Part shown: positions 42,982 to 57,572 of the stretch, in pieces
Layout of the letters: each line of letters opens with the position of its first letter
Numbering within the stretch: position 1 is the first letter of the stretch
Origin: Eledone cirrhosa
Lineage: Eukaryota
Reading direction: 5' to 3'
Length of the DNA stretch: 64,000 nucleotides
Assembly: GCA_964016885.1 (NCBI GenBank)
Contig: OZ024749.1
Coordinates: 15,376,001-15,440,000 of the forward strand
Program-made: the position numbers and the translations under genes
The notes under the pieces: model-generated
What the model saw: only the letters and a program-made list of their open reading frames with translations
The model's database searches: none
What the model was told of the DNA's origin: nothing

Positions 42982-43010
<29 letters not shown>

Positions 43011-43014
<4 letters not shown>

Positions 43015-43201
43015 AACAAGAAGGACCCCGACGGCTGAGCTCAAGCCGTTTCGACGGCTAATTCTTTTAGTCCAGAATTAGCCGTCGAAACGGCTTGAGC
43101 TCAGCCGTCGGGGTCCTTCTTGTTCCTATTTCCCACTCTACTACCCTAAGTATTGAATACTTTGGTGCGTTATGGTCCATCTGGTTCCTTACCACAACTC
43201 C

Positions 43202-43208
<7 letters not shown>
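43011..43208 (+). mobile_element. PLE-like remnant: ~55-bp-arm hairpin plus ~80-nt tail
   Basis: taggaacaagaaggacccc...ggctaattct tttagtcc agaattagcc...ggggtccttcttgttccta; arm carries GAAA-cggc ttgagctca gccg-TC (HHR 3' half). Confidence 0.7.
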
Positions 43209-43275
<67 letters not shown>

Positions 43276-43444
43276 ATGAAAATAAGTGTAAGTCAACATG
43301 TTAAAAGTTGGCTTCGTTTATTCCAATACGCTGTTGTAATGAGTTCTACCCTGTTAATTCATCGATATGTCCAGCTCCTGGGTGAGTTGTTAGTCTTCAA
43401 AGGAACTGGAATCATATTATATATATATGTGTGTGTGTTTGTGT

Positions 43445-43511
<67 letters not shown>

Positions 43512-43804
43512 AAGGAGAAGAAGAAGAAGAAGACGAAGAAAACGAAGAAGAAAAAGAAAAAGAAGAAGTGTGAGATAACCCTCACAAAATAATTATTATG
43601 TTGAGTTGAGAGGGTGTGACACAAAACCCGGAAAACGATATCAATAGTGACAGAATGTTAGGATTGGTCTTCATATTGGAAGGAAATTGGCATTTTACCA
43701 AATATAAATACACTGCAAAACATGTTTTGTTGAGAACTGGGGACATTCTGTGTAATGTTCTTTCAAATTGGGGTCATTTGACTAGATTGGCAGATAAAAG
43801 GCAT

Positions 43805-46800
43805 AGTTAGTAGAAGGTTAGACATGTAGAAGTGGTACCAATTGTAGTTGGTACACTGGGAGCAGTTAGTAGAAGGTTAGACATGTAGAAGTGGTACAAA
43901 TTGTGGTTGGTACACTGGGAGCAGTTAGTAGAAGGTTAGACATGTAGAAGTGGTACCAATTGTGGTTGGTACACTGGGAGAAGTTAGTAGAAGGTTAGAC
44001 ATGTAGAAGTGGTACCAATTGTGGTTGGTACACTGGGAGCAGTTAGTAGAAGGTTAGACATGTAGAAGTGGTACCAATTGTGGTTGGTACACTGGGAGCA
44101 GTTAGTAGAAGGTTAGACATGTAGAAGTGGTACCAATTGTGGTTGGTACACTGGGAGCAGTTAGTAGAAGGTTAGACATGTAGAAGTGGTACAAATTGTG
44201 GTTGGTACACTGGGAGCAGTTAGTAGAAGGTTAGACATGTAGGAGTGGTACCAATTGTGGTTCGTACACTGGGAGCAGTTAGTAGAAGGTTAGACATGTA
44301 GAAGTGGTACTGACTGTGGTTGGTATACTGGGAACAGTTAGTAGAAGATTGGACATGTAGAAGTGGTACCAATTGTGGTTGGGACGCTGGGAGCAGTTAG
44401 TAGAAGGTTAGACATGTAGAAGTGGTACCGACTGTGGTTGGTATACTGGGAGCAGTTAGTAGAATGTTAGACATGTAGAAGTGGTACCGACTGTGGTTGG
44501 TACACTGGGAACAGTTAGTAGAAGGTTGGACATGTAGAAGTGGTACCGACTGTGGTTGGTGTACTGGGAGCAGTTAGTAGAAGGTTAGACATGTAGAAGT
44601 GGTACCGACTGTGGTTGGTACACTGGGAGAAGTTAGTAGAAGGTTGGACATGTAGAAGTGGTACCAACTGTGGTTGGTACACTGGGAGAAGTTAGTAGAA
44701 GGTTGGATATGTAGAAGTGGTACCAACTGTGGTTGGTACACTGGGAGAAGTTAGTAGAAGGTTGGACATGTAGAAGTGGTACCGACTGTGGTTGGTACAC
44801 TGGGAGAAGTTAGTAGAAGGTTGGACATGTAGAAGTGGTACCAACTGTGGTTGGTGTACTGGGAGCAGTTAGTAGAAGGTTAGACATGTAGAAGTGGTAC
44901 CAATTGTGGTTGGTGTACTGGGAGCAGTTAGTAGAAGGTTAGACATGTAGAAGTGGTACCGACTGTGGTTGGTACACTGGGAACAGTTAGTAGAAGGTTG
45001 GACATGTAGAAGTGGTACCAACTGTGGTTGGTACGCTGGGAGCAGTTAGTACAAGGTTAGACATGTAGAAGTGGTACCGACTGTGGTTGGTACACTGGGA
45101 GAAGTTAGTAGAAGGTTAGACATGTAGAAGTGGTACCAATTGTGGTTGGTACACTGGGAGTAGTTAGTAGAAGGTTAGACATGTAGAAGTGGTACCGACT
45201 GTAGTTGGTACACTGGGAGCAGTTAGTAGAAGGTTAGACATGTAGAAGTGGTACCAATTGTGGTTGGTACACTGGGAGCAGTTAGTAGAAGGTTAGACAT
45301 GTAGAAGTGGTACCAATTGTAGTTGGTACACTAGGTGCAGTTAGTAGAAGGTTAGACATGTAGAAGTGGTACCAATTGTGGTTGGTGTACTGAGAGTAGT
45401 TAGTAGAAGGTTAGACATGTAGAAGTGGTACCGACTGTGGTTGGTACACTGGGAACAGTTAGTAGAAGATTGGACATGTAGAAGTGGTACCAATTGTGGT
45501 TGGGACGCTGGGAGCAGTTAGTAGAAGGTTAGACATGTAGAAGTGGTACCAACTGTGGTTGGTGTACTGGGAGCAGTTAGTAGAAGGTTAGACATGTAGA
45601 AGTGGTACCGACTGTGGTTGGTACACTGGGAGAAGTTAGTAGAAGGTTAGACATGTAGAAGTGGTACCAATTGTGGTTGGTGTACTGGGAGCAGTTAGTA
45701 GAAGGTTGGACATGTAGAAGTGGTACCAACTGTAGTTGGTACGCTGGGAGCAGTTAGTAGAAGGTTAGACATGTAGCAGTGGTACCAACTGTGGTTGGTG
45801 TACTGGGAGCAGTTAGTAGAAGGTTAGACATGTAGAAGTGGTACCGACTGTGGTTGGTACACTGGGAGAAGTTAGTAGAAGGTTAGACATGTAGAAGTGG
45901 TACCAATTGTGGTTGGTACACTGGGAGTAGTTAGTAGAAGGTTAGACATGTAGAAGTGGTACCAATTGTGGTTGGTACACTGGGAGAAGTTAGTAGAAGG
46001 TTAGACATGTAGAAGTGGTACCGACTGTGGTTGGTGTACTGGGAGCAGTTAGTAGAAGGTTGGACATGTAGAAATGGTACCAACTGTGGTTGGTACACTG
46101 GGAGAAGTTAGTAGAAGGTTAAACATGTAGAAGTGGTACCGACTGTGTTTGGTACACTGGGAGCAGTTAGTAGAAGGTTAGACATGTAGAAGTGGTACCA
46201 ATTGTGGTTGGTGTACTGGGAGCAGTTAGTACAAGGTTAGACATGTAGAAGTGGTACCGACTGTGGTTGGTACACTGGGAGAAGTTAGTAGAAGGTTAGA
46301 CATGTAGAAGTGGTACCAATTGTGGTTGGTGTACTGGGAGCAGTTAGTAGAAGGTTAGACATGTAGAAGTGGTACCGACTGTGGTTGGTACACTGGGAGC
46401 AGTTAGTAGAAGGTTAGACATGTAGAAGTGGTACCGACTGTGGTTGGTACACTGGGAGCAGTTAGTAGAAGGTTAGACATGTAGAAGTGGTACCGACTGT
46501 GGTTGGTACACTGGGAGAAGTTAGTAGAAGGTTAGACACGTAGAAGTGGTACCAATTGTGGTTGGTACACTGGGAGACGTTAGTAGAAGGTTAGACATGT
46601 AGAAGTGGTACCAATTGTGGTTGGTACACTGGGAGAAGTTAGTAGAAGGTTAGACATGTAGAAGTGGTACCAATTGTAGTTGGTACACTAGGTGCAGTTA
46701 GTAGAAGGTTAGACATGTAGAAGTGGTACCAACTGTGGTTGGTACGCTGGGAGCAGTTAGTAGAAGGTTAGACATGTAGAAGTGGTACCGACTGTGGTTG

Positions 46801-49800
46801 GTACACTGGGAGCAGTTAGTAGAAGGTTAGACATGTAGAAGTGGTACCGACTGTGGTTGGTGTACTGGGAGCAGTTAGTAGAAGGTTGGACATGTAGAAA
46901 TGGTACCAACTGTGGTTGGTACACTGGGAGCAGTTAGTAGAGGGTTAGACATGTAGAAGTGGTACCAATTGTGGTTGGTACACTGAGAGAAGTTAGTAGA
47001 AGGTGAGACATGTAGAAGTGGTACTGATTGTGGTTGGTACACTGGGAGGAGTTAGTAGAAGGTTAGACATGTAGAAGTGGTACTGATTGTGGTTGGTACA
47101 CTGGGAGAAGTTAGTAGAAGGTTAAACATGTAGAAGTGGTACTGATTGTGGTTGGTACACTGGGAGAAGTTAGTAGAAGGTTAGACATGTAGAAGTGGTA
47201 CCAATTGTGGTTGGTGTACTGGGAGAAGTTAGTAGAAGGTTAGACATGTAGAAGTGGTACCAATTGTGGTTGGTACACTGGGAGCAGTTAGTAGAAGGTT
47301 AGACATGTAGAAGTGGTACCGACTGTGGTTGGTACACTGGGAGCAGTTAGTAGAAGGTTAGACATGTAGAAGTGGTACCGACTGTGGTTGGTGTACTGGG
47401 AGCAGTTAGTAGAAGGTTAGACATGTAGAAGTGGTACCGACTGTGGTTGGTACACTGGGAGAAGTTAGAAGGTTAGACATGTAGAAGTGGTACCGACTGT
47501 GGTTGGTACACTGGGAGCAGTTAGTAGAAGGTTAGACATGTAGAAGTGGTACCGACTGTGGTTGGTGTACTGGGAGCAGTTAGTAGAAGGTTAGACATGT
47601 AGAAGTGGTACCGACTGTGGTTGGTACACTGGGAGCAGTTAGTAGAAGGTTAGACATGTAGAAGTGGTACCAACTGTGGTTGGTACACTGGGAGAAGTTA
47701 GTAGAAGGTTAGACATGTAGAAGTGGTACTGATTGTGGTTGGTACACTGGGAGGAGTTAGTAGAAGGTTAGACATGTAGAAGTGGTACTGATTGTGGTTG
47801 GTACACTGGGAGAAGTTAGTAGAAGGTTAGACATATAGAAGTGGTACCAATTGTGGTTGGTGTACTGGGAGAAGTTAGTAGAAGGTTAGACATGTAGAAG
47901 TGGTACCGACTGTGGTTGGTGTACTGGGAGCAGTTAGTAGAAGGTTAGACATGTAGAAGTGGTACCAATTGTGGTTCGTACACTGGGAGCAGTTAGTAGA
48001 AGGTTAGACATGTAGGAGTGGTACCAATTGTGGTTGGTACACTGGGAGCAGTTAGTAGAAGGTTAGACATGTAGAAGTGGTACCAATTGTGGTTGGTACA
48101 CTGGGAGCAGTTAGTAGAATGTTAGACATGTAGAAGTGGTACCAATTGTAGTTGGTACACTGGGAGCAGTTAGTAGAAGTTTAGACATGTAGAAGTGGTA
48201 CCGACTGTGGTTGGTACACTGGGAGAAGTTAGTAGAAGATTAGACATGTAGAAGTGGTACCGACTGTGGTTGGTACACTGGGAGAAGTTAGTAGAAGATT
48301 AGACATGTAGAAGTGGTACCAATTGTGGTTGGTGTACTGGGAGCAGTTAGTAGAATGTTAGACATGTAGAAGTGGTACCGACTGTGGTTGGTACACTGGG
48401 AGAAGTTAGTAGAAGGTTAGACATGTAGAAGTGGTACCGACTGTGGTTGGTGTACTGGAAGCAGTTAGTAGAAGGTTAGACATGTAGAAGTGGTACCGAC
48501 TGTGGTTGGTACACTGGGAGAAGTTAGTAGAAGGTTAGACATGTAGAAGTGGTACCGAATGTGGTTGGTGTACTGGGAGCAGTTAGTAGAAGGTTAGACA
48601 TGTAGAAGTGGTACCGACTGTAGTTGGTACACTGGGAGCAGTTAGTAGAAGGTTAGACATGTAGAAGTGGTACCGACTGTGGTTGGTGTACTGGGAGCAG
48701 TTAGTAGAAGGTTAGACATGTAGAAGTGGTACCGACTGTGGTTGGTGTACTGGGAGCAGTTAGTAGAAGGTTAGACATGTAGAAGTGGTATCGACTGTGG
48801 TTGGTACACTGGGAGCAGTTAGTAGAAGGTTAGACATGTAGAAGTGGTACCGACTGTGGTTGGTACACTGGGAGAAGTTAGTAGAAGGTGAGACATGTAG
48901 AAGTGGTACTGATTGTGGTTGGTACACTGGGAGAAGTTAGTAGAAGGTTAGACATGTAGGAGTGGTACCAATTGTGGTTGGTACACTGGGAGCAGTTAGT
49001 AGAAGGTTAGACATGTAGAAGTGGTACCAATTGTGGTTCGTACACTGGGAGCAGTTAGTAGAAGGTTAGACATGTAGGAGTGGTACCAATTGTGGTTCGT
49101 ACACTGGGAGCAGTTAGTAGAAGGTTAGACATGTAGGAGTGGTACCAATTGTGGTTGGTACACTGGGAGCAGTTAGTAGAAGGTTAGACATGTAGAAGTG
49201 GTACCAATTGTGGTTGGTACACTGGGAGCAGTTAGTAGAATGTTAGACATGTAGAAGTGGTACCAATTGTAGTTGGTACACTGGGAGCAGTTAGTAGAAG
49301 TTTAGACATGTAGAAGTGGTACCGACTGTGGTTGGTGTACTGGGAGCAGTTAGTAGAAGGTTAGACATGTAGAAGTGGTACCAATTGTGGTTGGTGTACT
49401 GGGAGCAGTTAGTAGAAGGTTAGACATGTAGAAGTGGTACCAATTGTGGTTGGTGTACTGGGAGCAGTTAGTAGAAGGTTAGACATGTAGAAGTGGTACC
49501 GATTGTGGTTGGTACACTGGGAGCAGTTAGTAGAATGTTAGACATGTAGAAGTGGTACCAATTGTAGTTGGTACACTGGGAGCAGTTAGTAGAAGGTTAG
49601 ACATGTAGAAGTGGTACCAATTGTGGTTGGTGTACTGGGAGCAGTTAGTAGAAGGTTAAACATGTAGAAGTGGTACTGACTGTGGTTGGTGTACTGGAAG
49701 CAGTTAGTAGAAGGTTAGACATGTAGAAGTGGTACCGACTGTGGTTGGTACACTGGGAGCAGTTAGTAGAAGGTTAGACATGTAGAAGTGGTACCAATTG

Positions 49801-52800
49801 TGGTTGGTACACTGGGAGCAGTTAGTAGAAGGTTAGACACGTAGAAGTGGTACCGACTGTGGTTGGTACACTGGGAGCAGTTAGTAGAAGGTTAGACATG
49901 TAGAAGTGGTACCGACTGTGGTTGGTGTACTGGGAGCAGTTAGTAGAAGGTTAGACATGTAGAAGTGGTACCGACTGTGGTTGGTACACTGGGAGAAGTT
50001 AGAAGGTTAGACATGTAGAAGTGGTACCGACTGTGGTTGGTACACTGGGAGCAGTTAGTAGAAGGTTAGACATGTAGAAGTGGTACCGACTGTGGTTGGT
50101 GTACTGGGAGCAGTTAGTAGAAGGTTAGACAGGTAGAAGTGGTACCGACTGTGGTTGGTACACTGGGAGAAGTTAGAAGGTTAGACATGTAGAAGTGGTA
50201 CCGACTGTGGTTGGTACACTGGGAGAAGTTAGTAGGTTAGACATGTAGAAGTGGTACCGACTGTGGTTGGTACACTGGGAGCAGTTAGTAGAAGGTTAGA
50301 CATGTAGAAGTGGTACCGACTGTGGTTGGTACACTGGGAGCAGTTAGTAGAAGGTTAGACATGTAGAAGTGGTACTGATTGTGGTTGGTACACTGGGAGA
50401 AGTTAGTAGAAGGTTAGACACGTAGAATTGGTACCAATTGTGGTTGGTACACTGGGAGCAGTTAGTAGAAGGTTAGACATGTAGAAGTGGTACCGACTGT
50501 GGTTGGTACACTGGGAGCAGTTAGTAGAAGGTTAGACATGTAGAAGTGGTACCGACTGTGGTTGGTGTACTGGGAGCAGTTAGTAGAAGGTTAGACATGT
50601 AGAAGTGGTACCGACTGTGGTTGGTACACTGGGAGAAGTTAGAAGGTTAGACATGTAGAAGTGGTACCGACTGTGGTTGGTACACTGGGAGAAGTTAGTA
50701 GGTTAGACATGTAGAAGTGGTACCGACTGTGGTTGGTACACTGGGAGCAGTTAGTAGAAGGTTAGACATGTAGAAGTGGTACCGACTGTGGTTGGTACAC
50801 TGGGAGCAGTTAGTAGAAGGTTAGACATGTAGAAGTGGTACTGACTGTGGTTGGTACACTGGGAGCAGTTAGTAGAAGGTTAGACATGTAGAAGTGGTAC
50901 CGACTGTGGTTGGTACACTGGGAGAAGTTAGAAGGTTAGACATGTAGAAGTGGTACCGACTGTGGTTGGTACACTGGGAGAAGTTAGTAGGTTAGACATG
51001 TAGAAGTGGTACCGACTGTGGTTGGTACACTGGGAGCAGTTAGTAGAAGGTTAGACATGTAGAAGTGGTACCGACTGTGGTTGGTACACTGGGAGCAGTT
51101 AGTAGAAGGTTAGACATGTAGAAGTGGTACTGACTGTGGTTGGTACACTGGGAGCAGTTAGTAGAAGGTTAGACATGTAGAAGTGGTACCGACTGTGGTT
51201 GGTACACTGGGAGCAGTTAGTAGAAGGTTAGACATGTAGAAGTGGTACCGACTGTGGTTGGTGTACTGGGAGCAGTTAGTAGAAGGTTAGACATGTAGAA
51301 GTGGTACTGACTGTGGTTGGTACACTGGGAGCAGTTAGTAGAAGGTTAGACATGTAGAAGTGGTACTGACTGTGGTTGGTGTACTGGAAGCAGTTAGTAG
51401 AAGGTTAGACATGTAGAAGTGGTACCGACTGTGGTTGGTACACTGGGAGCAGTTAGTAGAAGGTTAGACATGTAGAAGTGGTACCGACTGTGGTTGGTGT
51501 ACTGGGAGAAGTTAGTAGAAGGTTAGACATGTAGAAGTGGTACCGACTGTGGTTGGTACACTGGGAGCAGTTAGTAGAAGGTTAGACATGTAGAAGTGGT
51601 ACCGACTGTGGTTGGTACACTGGGAGCAGTTAGTAGAAGGTTAGACATGTAGAAGTGGTACCGACTGTGGTTGGTACACTGGGAGAAGTTAGTAGAAGGT
51701 TAGACATGTAGAAGTGGTACCGACTGTGGTTGGTATACTGGGAGAAGTTAGTAGAAGGTTAGACATGTAGAAGTGGTACCGACTGTGGTTGGTATACTGG
51801 AAGCAGTTAGTAGAAGGTGAGACATGTAGAAGTGGTACTGATTGTGGTTGGTACACTGGGAGAAGTTAGTAGAAGGTTAGACATGTAGGAGTGGTACCAA
51901 TTGTGGTTGGTACACTGGGAGCAGTTAGTAGAAGGTTAGACATGTAGAAGTGGTACCAATTGTGGTTGGTACACTGGGAGCAGTTAGTAGAAGGTTAGAC
52001 ATGTAGAAGTGGTACTGACTGTGGTTGGTGTACTGGGAGCAGTTAGTAGAAGGTTAGACATGTAGAAGTGGTACCAATTGTAGTTGGTACACTGGGAGCA
52101 GTTAGTAGAAGGTTAGACATGTAGAAGTGGTACTGACTGTGGTTGGTGTACTGGGAGCAGTTAGTAGAAGGTTAGACATGTAGAAGTGGTACCAATTGTG
52201 GTTGGTACACTGGGAGAAGTTAGTAGAAGGTTAGACATGTAGAAGTGGTACCAATTGTGGTTGGTACACTGGGAGCAGTTAGTAGAAGGTTAGACATGTA
52301 GAAGTGGTACCAATTGTGGTTGGTACACTGGGAGCAGTTAGTAGAAGGTTAGACATGTAGAAGTGGTACCAATTGTAGTTGGTACACTGGGAGCAGTTAG
52401 TAGAAGTTTAGACATGTAGAAGTGGTACCGACTGTGGTTGGTGTACTGGGAGCAGTTAGTAGAAGGTTAGACATGTAGAAGTGGTACCAATTGTGGTTGG
52501 TGTACTGGGAGCAGTTAGTAGAAGGTTAGACATGTAGAAGTGGTACCAATTGTGGTTGGTGTACTGGGAGCAGTTAGTAGAAGGTTAGACATGTAGAAGT
52601 GGTACCGATTGTGGTTGGTACACTGGGAGCAGTTAGTAGAATGTTAGACATGTAGAAGTGGTACCAATTGTAGTTGGTACACTGGGAGCAGTTAGTAGAA
52701 GGTTAGACATGTAGAAGTGGTACCAATTGTGGTTGGTGTACTGGGAGCAGTTAGTAGAAGGTTAAACATGTAGAAGTGGTACTGACTGTGGTTGGTGTAC

Positions 52801-55800
52801 TGGAAGCAGTTAGTAGAAGGTTAGACATGTAGAAGTGGTACCGACTGTGGTTGGTACACTGGGAGCAGTTAGTAGAAGGTTAGACATGTAGAAGTGGTAC
52901 CAATTGTGGTTGGTACACTGGGAGCAGTTAGTAGAAGGTTAGACACGTAGAAGTGGTACCGACTGTGGTTGGTACACTGGGAGCAGTTAGTAGAAGGTTA
53001 GACATGTAGAAGTGGTACCGACTGTGGTTGGTGTACTGGGAGCAGTTAGTAGAAGGTTAGACATGTAGAAGTGGTACCGACTGTGGTTGGTACACTGGGA
53101 GAAGTTAGAAGGTTAGACATGTAGAAGTGGTACCGACTGTGGTTGGTACACTGGGAGCAGTTAGTAGAAGGTTAGACATGTAGAAGTGGTACCGACTGTG
53201 GTTGGTGTACTGGGAGCAGTTAGTAGAAGGTTAGACATGTAGAAGTGGTACCGACTGTGGTTGGTACACTGGGAGAAGTTAGAAGGTTAGACATGTAGAA
53301 GTGGTACCGACTGTGGTTGGTACACTGGGAGAAGTTAGTAGGTTAGACATGTAGAAGTGGTACCGACTGTGGTTGGTACACTGGGAGCAGTTAGTAGAAG
53401 GTTAGACATGTAGAAGTGGTACCGACTGTGGTTGGTACACTGGGAGCAGTTAGTAGAAGGTTAGACATGTAGAAGTGGTACTGATTGTGGTTGGTACACT
53501 GGGAGAAGTTAGTAGAAGGTTAGACACGTAGAATTGGTACCAATTGTGGTTGGTACACTGGGAGCAGTTAGTAGAAGGTTAGACATGTAGAAGTGGTACC
53601 GACTGTGGTTGGTACACTGGGAGCAGTTAGTAGAAGGTTAGACATGTAGAAGTGGTACCGACTGTGGTTGGTGTACTGGGAGCAGTTAGTAGAAGGTTAG
53701 ACATGTAGAAGTGGTACCGACTGTGGTTGGTACACTGGGAGAAGTTAGAAGGTTAGACATGTAGAAGTGGTACCGACTGTGGTTGGTACACTGGGAGAAG
53801 TTAGTAGGTTAGACATGTAGAAGTGGTACCGACTGTGGTTGGTACACTGGGAGCAGTTAGTAGAAGGTTAGACATGTAGAAGTGGTACCGACTGTGGTTG
53901 GTACACTGGGAGCAGTTAGTAGAAGGTTAGACATGTAGAAGTGGTACTGACTGTGGTTGGTACACTGGGAGCAGTTAGTAGAAGGTTAGACATGTAGAAG
54001 TGGTACCGACTGTGGTTGGTACACTGGGAGAAGTTAGAAGGTTAGACATGTAGAAGTGGTACCGACTGTGGTTGGTACACTGGGAGAAGTTAGTAGGTTA
54101 GACATGTAGAAGTGGTACCGACTGTGGTTGGTACACTGGGAGCAGTTAGTAGAAGGTTAGACATGTAGAAGTGGTACCGACTGTGGTTGGTACACTGGGA
54201 GCAGTTAGTAGAAGGTTAGACATGTAGAAGTGGTACTGACTGTGGTTGGTACACTGGGAGCAGTTAGTAGAAGGTTAGACATGTAGAAGTGGTACCGACT
54301 GTGGTTGGTACACTGGGAGCAGTTAGTAGAAGGTTAGACATGTAGAAGTGGTACCGACTGTGGTTGGTGTACTGGGAGCAGTTAGTAGAAGGTTAGACAT
54401 GTAGAAGTGGTACTGACTGTGGTTGGTACACTGGGAGCAGTTAGTAGAAGGTTAGACATGTAGAAGTGGTACTGACTGTGGTTGGTGTACTGGAAGCAGT
54501 TAGTAGAAGGTTAGACATGTAGAAGTGGTACCGACTGTGGTTGGTACACTGGGAGCAGTTAGTAGAAGGTTAGACATGTAGAAGTGGTACCGACTGTGGT
54601 TGGTGTACTGGGAGAAGTTAGTAGAAGGTTAGACATGTAGAAGTGGTACCGACTGTGGTTGGTACACTGGGAGCAGTTAGTAGAAGGTTAGACATGTAGA
54701 AGTGGTACCGACTGTGGTTGGTACACTGGGAGCAGTTAGTAGAAGGTTAGACATGTAGAAGTGGTACCGACTGTGGTTGGTACACTGGGAGAAGTTAGTA
54801 GAAGGTTAGACATGTAGAAGTGGTACCGACTGTGGTTGGTATACTGGGAGAAGTTAGTAGAAGGTTAGACATGTAGAAGTGGTACCGACTGTGGTTGGTA
54901 TACTGGAAGCAGTTAGTAGAAGGTGAGACATGTAGAAGTGGTACTGATTGTGGTTGGTACACTGGGAGAAGTTAGTAGAAGGTTAGACATGTAGGAGTGG
55001 TACCAATTGTGGTTGGTACACTGGGAGCAGTTAGTAGAAGGTTAGACATGTAGAAGTGGTACCAATTGTGGTTGGTACACTGGGAGCAGTTAGTAGAAGG
55101 TTAGACATGTAGAAGTGGTACTGACTGTGGTTGGTGTACTGGGAGCAGTTAGTAGAAGGTTAGACATGTAGAAGTGGTACCAATTGTAGTTGGTACACTG
55201 GGAGCAGTTAGTAGAAGGTTAGACATGTAGAAGTGGTACTGACTGTGGTTGGTGTACTGGGAGCAGTTAGTAGAAGGTTAGACATGTAGAAGTGGTACCA
55301 ATTGTGGTTGGTACACTGGGAGAAGTTAGTAGAAGGTTAGACATGTAGAAGTGGTACCAATTGTGGTTGGTACACTGGGAGCAGTTAGTAGAAGGTTAGA
55401 CATGTAGAAGTGGTACCAATTGTGGTTGGTACACTGGGAGCAGTTAGTAGAAGGTTAGACATGTAGAAGTGGTACCGACTGTGGTTGGTACACTGGGAGA
55501 AGTTAGTAGAAGGTTAGACATGTAGAAGTGGTATCAATTGTGGTTGGTACACTGGGAGCAGTTAGTAGAAGGTTAGACATGTAGAAGTGGTACTGACTGT
55601 GGTTGGTACACTGGGAGAAGTTAGAAGGTTAGACATGTAGAAGTGGTACCAATTGTAGTTGGTGTACTGGGAGCAGTTAGTAGAAGGTTAGACATGTAGA
55701 AGTGGTACTGACTGTGGTTGGTACACTGGGAGAAGTTAGAAGGTTAGACATGTAGAAGTGGTACCAATTGTGGTTGGTACACTGGGAGCAGTTAGTAGAA

Positions 55801-57572
55801 GGTTAGACATGTAGAAGTGGTACCGACTGTGGTTGGTGTACTGGGAGCAGTTAGTAGAAGGTCAGACACGTAGAAGTGGTACCGACTGTGGTTGGTACAC
55901 TGGGAGAAGTTAGAAGGTTAGACATGTAGAAGTGGTACTGATTGTGGTTGGTACACTGGGAGAAGTTAGTAGAAGGTTATACACGTAGAAGTGGTACCAA
56001 TTGTAGTTGGTACACTGGGAGCAGTTAGTAGAAGGTTAGACATGTAGAAGTGGTACCGACTGTGGTTGGTACACTGGGAGAAGTTAGTAGAAGGTTAGAC
56101 ATGTAGAAGTGGTACTGATTGTGGTTGGTACACTGGGAGAAGTTAGTAGAAGGTTAGACACGTAGAAGTGGTACCAATTGTAGTTGGTACACTGGGAGCA
56201 GTTAGTAGAAGGTTAGACATGTAGAAGTGGTACCGACTGTGGTTGGTACACTGGGAGAAGTTAGTAGAAGGTTAGACATGTAGAAGTGGTACTGATTGTG
56301 GTTGGTACACTGGGAGAAGTTAGTAGAAGGTTAGACACGTAGAAGTGGTACCAATTGTAGTTGGTACACTGGGAGAAGTTAGTAGAAGGTTAGACACGTA
56401 GAAGTGGTACCAATTGTAGTTGGTACACTGGGAGCAGTTAGTAGAAGGTTAGACATGTAGAAGTGGTACCGACTGTGGTTGGTACACTGGGAGAAGTTAG
56501 TAGAAGGTTAGACATGTAGAAGTGGTACCGACTGTGGTTGGTACACTGGGAGAAGTTAGTAGAAGGTTAGACATGTAGAAGTGGTACTGATTGTGGTTGG
56601 TACACTGGGAGAAGTTAGTAGAAGGTTAGACACGTAGAATTGGTACCGATTGTGGTTGGTACACTGGGAGCAGTTAGTAGAAGGTTAGACATGTAGAAGT
56701 GGTACCGACTGTAGTTGGTACACTGGGAGCAGTTAGTAGAAGGTTAGACATGTAGAAGTGGTACTGACTGTGGTTGGTACACTGGGAGCAGTTAGTAGAA
56801 GGTTAGACATCTAGAAGTGGTACCGACTGTGGTTGGTACACTGGGAGAAGTTAGTAGAAGGTTAGACATGTAGAAGTGGTACCGACTGTAGTTGGCACAC
56901 TGGGAGCAGTTAGTAGAAGGTTAGACATGTAGAAGTGGTACCGACTGTGGTTGGTGTACTGGGAGTAGTTAGTAGAAGGTTAGACATCTAGAAGTGGTAC
57001 CGACTGTGGTTGGTGTACTGGGAGCAGTTAGTAGAAGGTTAGACATGTAGAAGTGGTACCAATTGTGGTTGGTGTACTGAGAGAAGTTAGTAGAAGGTTA
57101 GACATGTAGAAGTGGTACCGACTGTGATTGGTACACTGGGAGCAGTTAGTAGAAAGTTGGACATGTAGAAGTGGTACCGACTGTGGTTGGTACACTAGGT
57201 GCAGTTAGTAGAAGGTTAGACATGTAGAAGTGGTACCAATTGTGGTTGGTGTACTGAGAGAAGTTAGTAGAAGGTTAGACATGTAGAAGTGGTAACGACT
57301 GTGGTTGGTACACTGGGAGCAGTTAGTAGAAGGTTAGACATGTAGAAGTGTTACCAATTGTGGTTGGTACACTGGGAGCAGTTAGTAGAAGGTTAAACAT
57401 GTAGATGTGGTACCTATTGTAGTTGGTACACTGGGAGAAGTTAGTAGAAGGTTAAACATGTAGAAGTGGTACCAATTGTAGTTGGAACACTGGGAGCAGT
57501 TAGTAGAAGGTTAGACATGTAGAAGTGGTACCAATGGCGGTTGGTACACTGGGAGAAGTTAGTAGAAGGTTG
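43805..57572 (+). repeat. 59-bp tandem satellite, ~234 monomers, retrotransposon-derived
   Basis: monomer agttagtagaaggttagacatgtagaagtggtaccaattgtggttggtacactgggagc; 56-bp deletion variants; no spacers. Confidence 0.98.

Noticed and set aside
43805-57572. CRISPR-like array (repeats with internal palindrome)
   Set aside because: No unique spacers, no cas genes, eukaryotic context; it is a head-to-tail satellite
43805-57572. Repetitive protein-coding region
   Set aside because: The 59-bp unit shifts frame and stops recur; the ORF track shows nothing here
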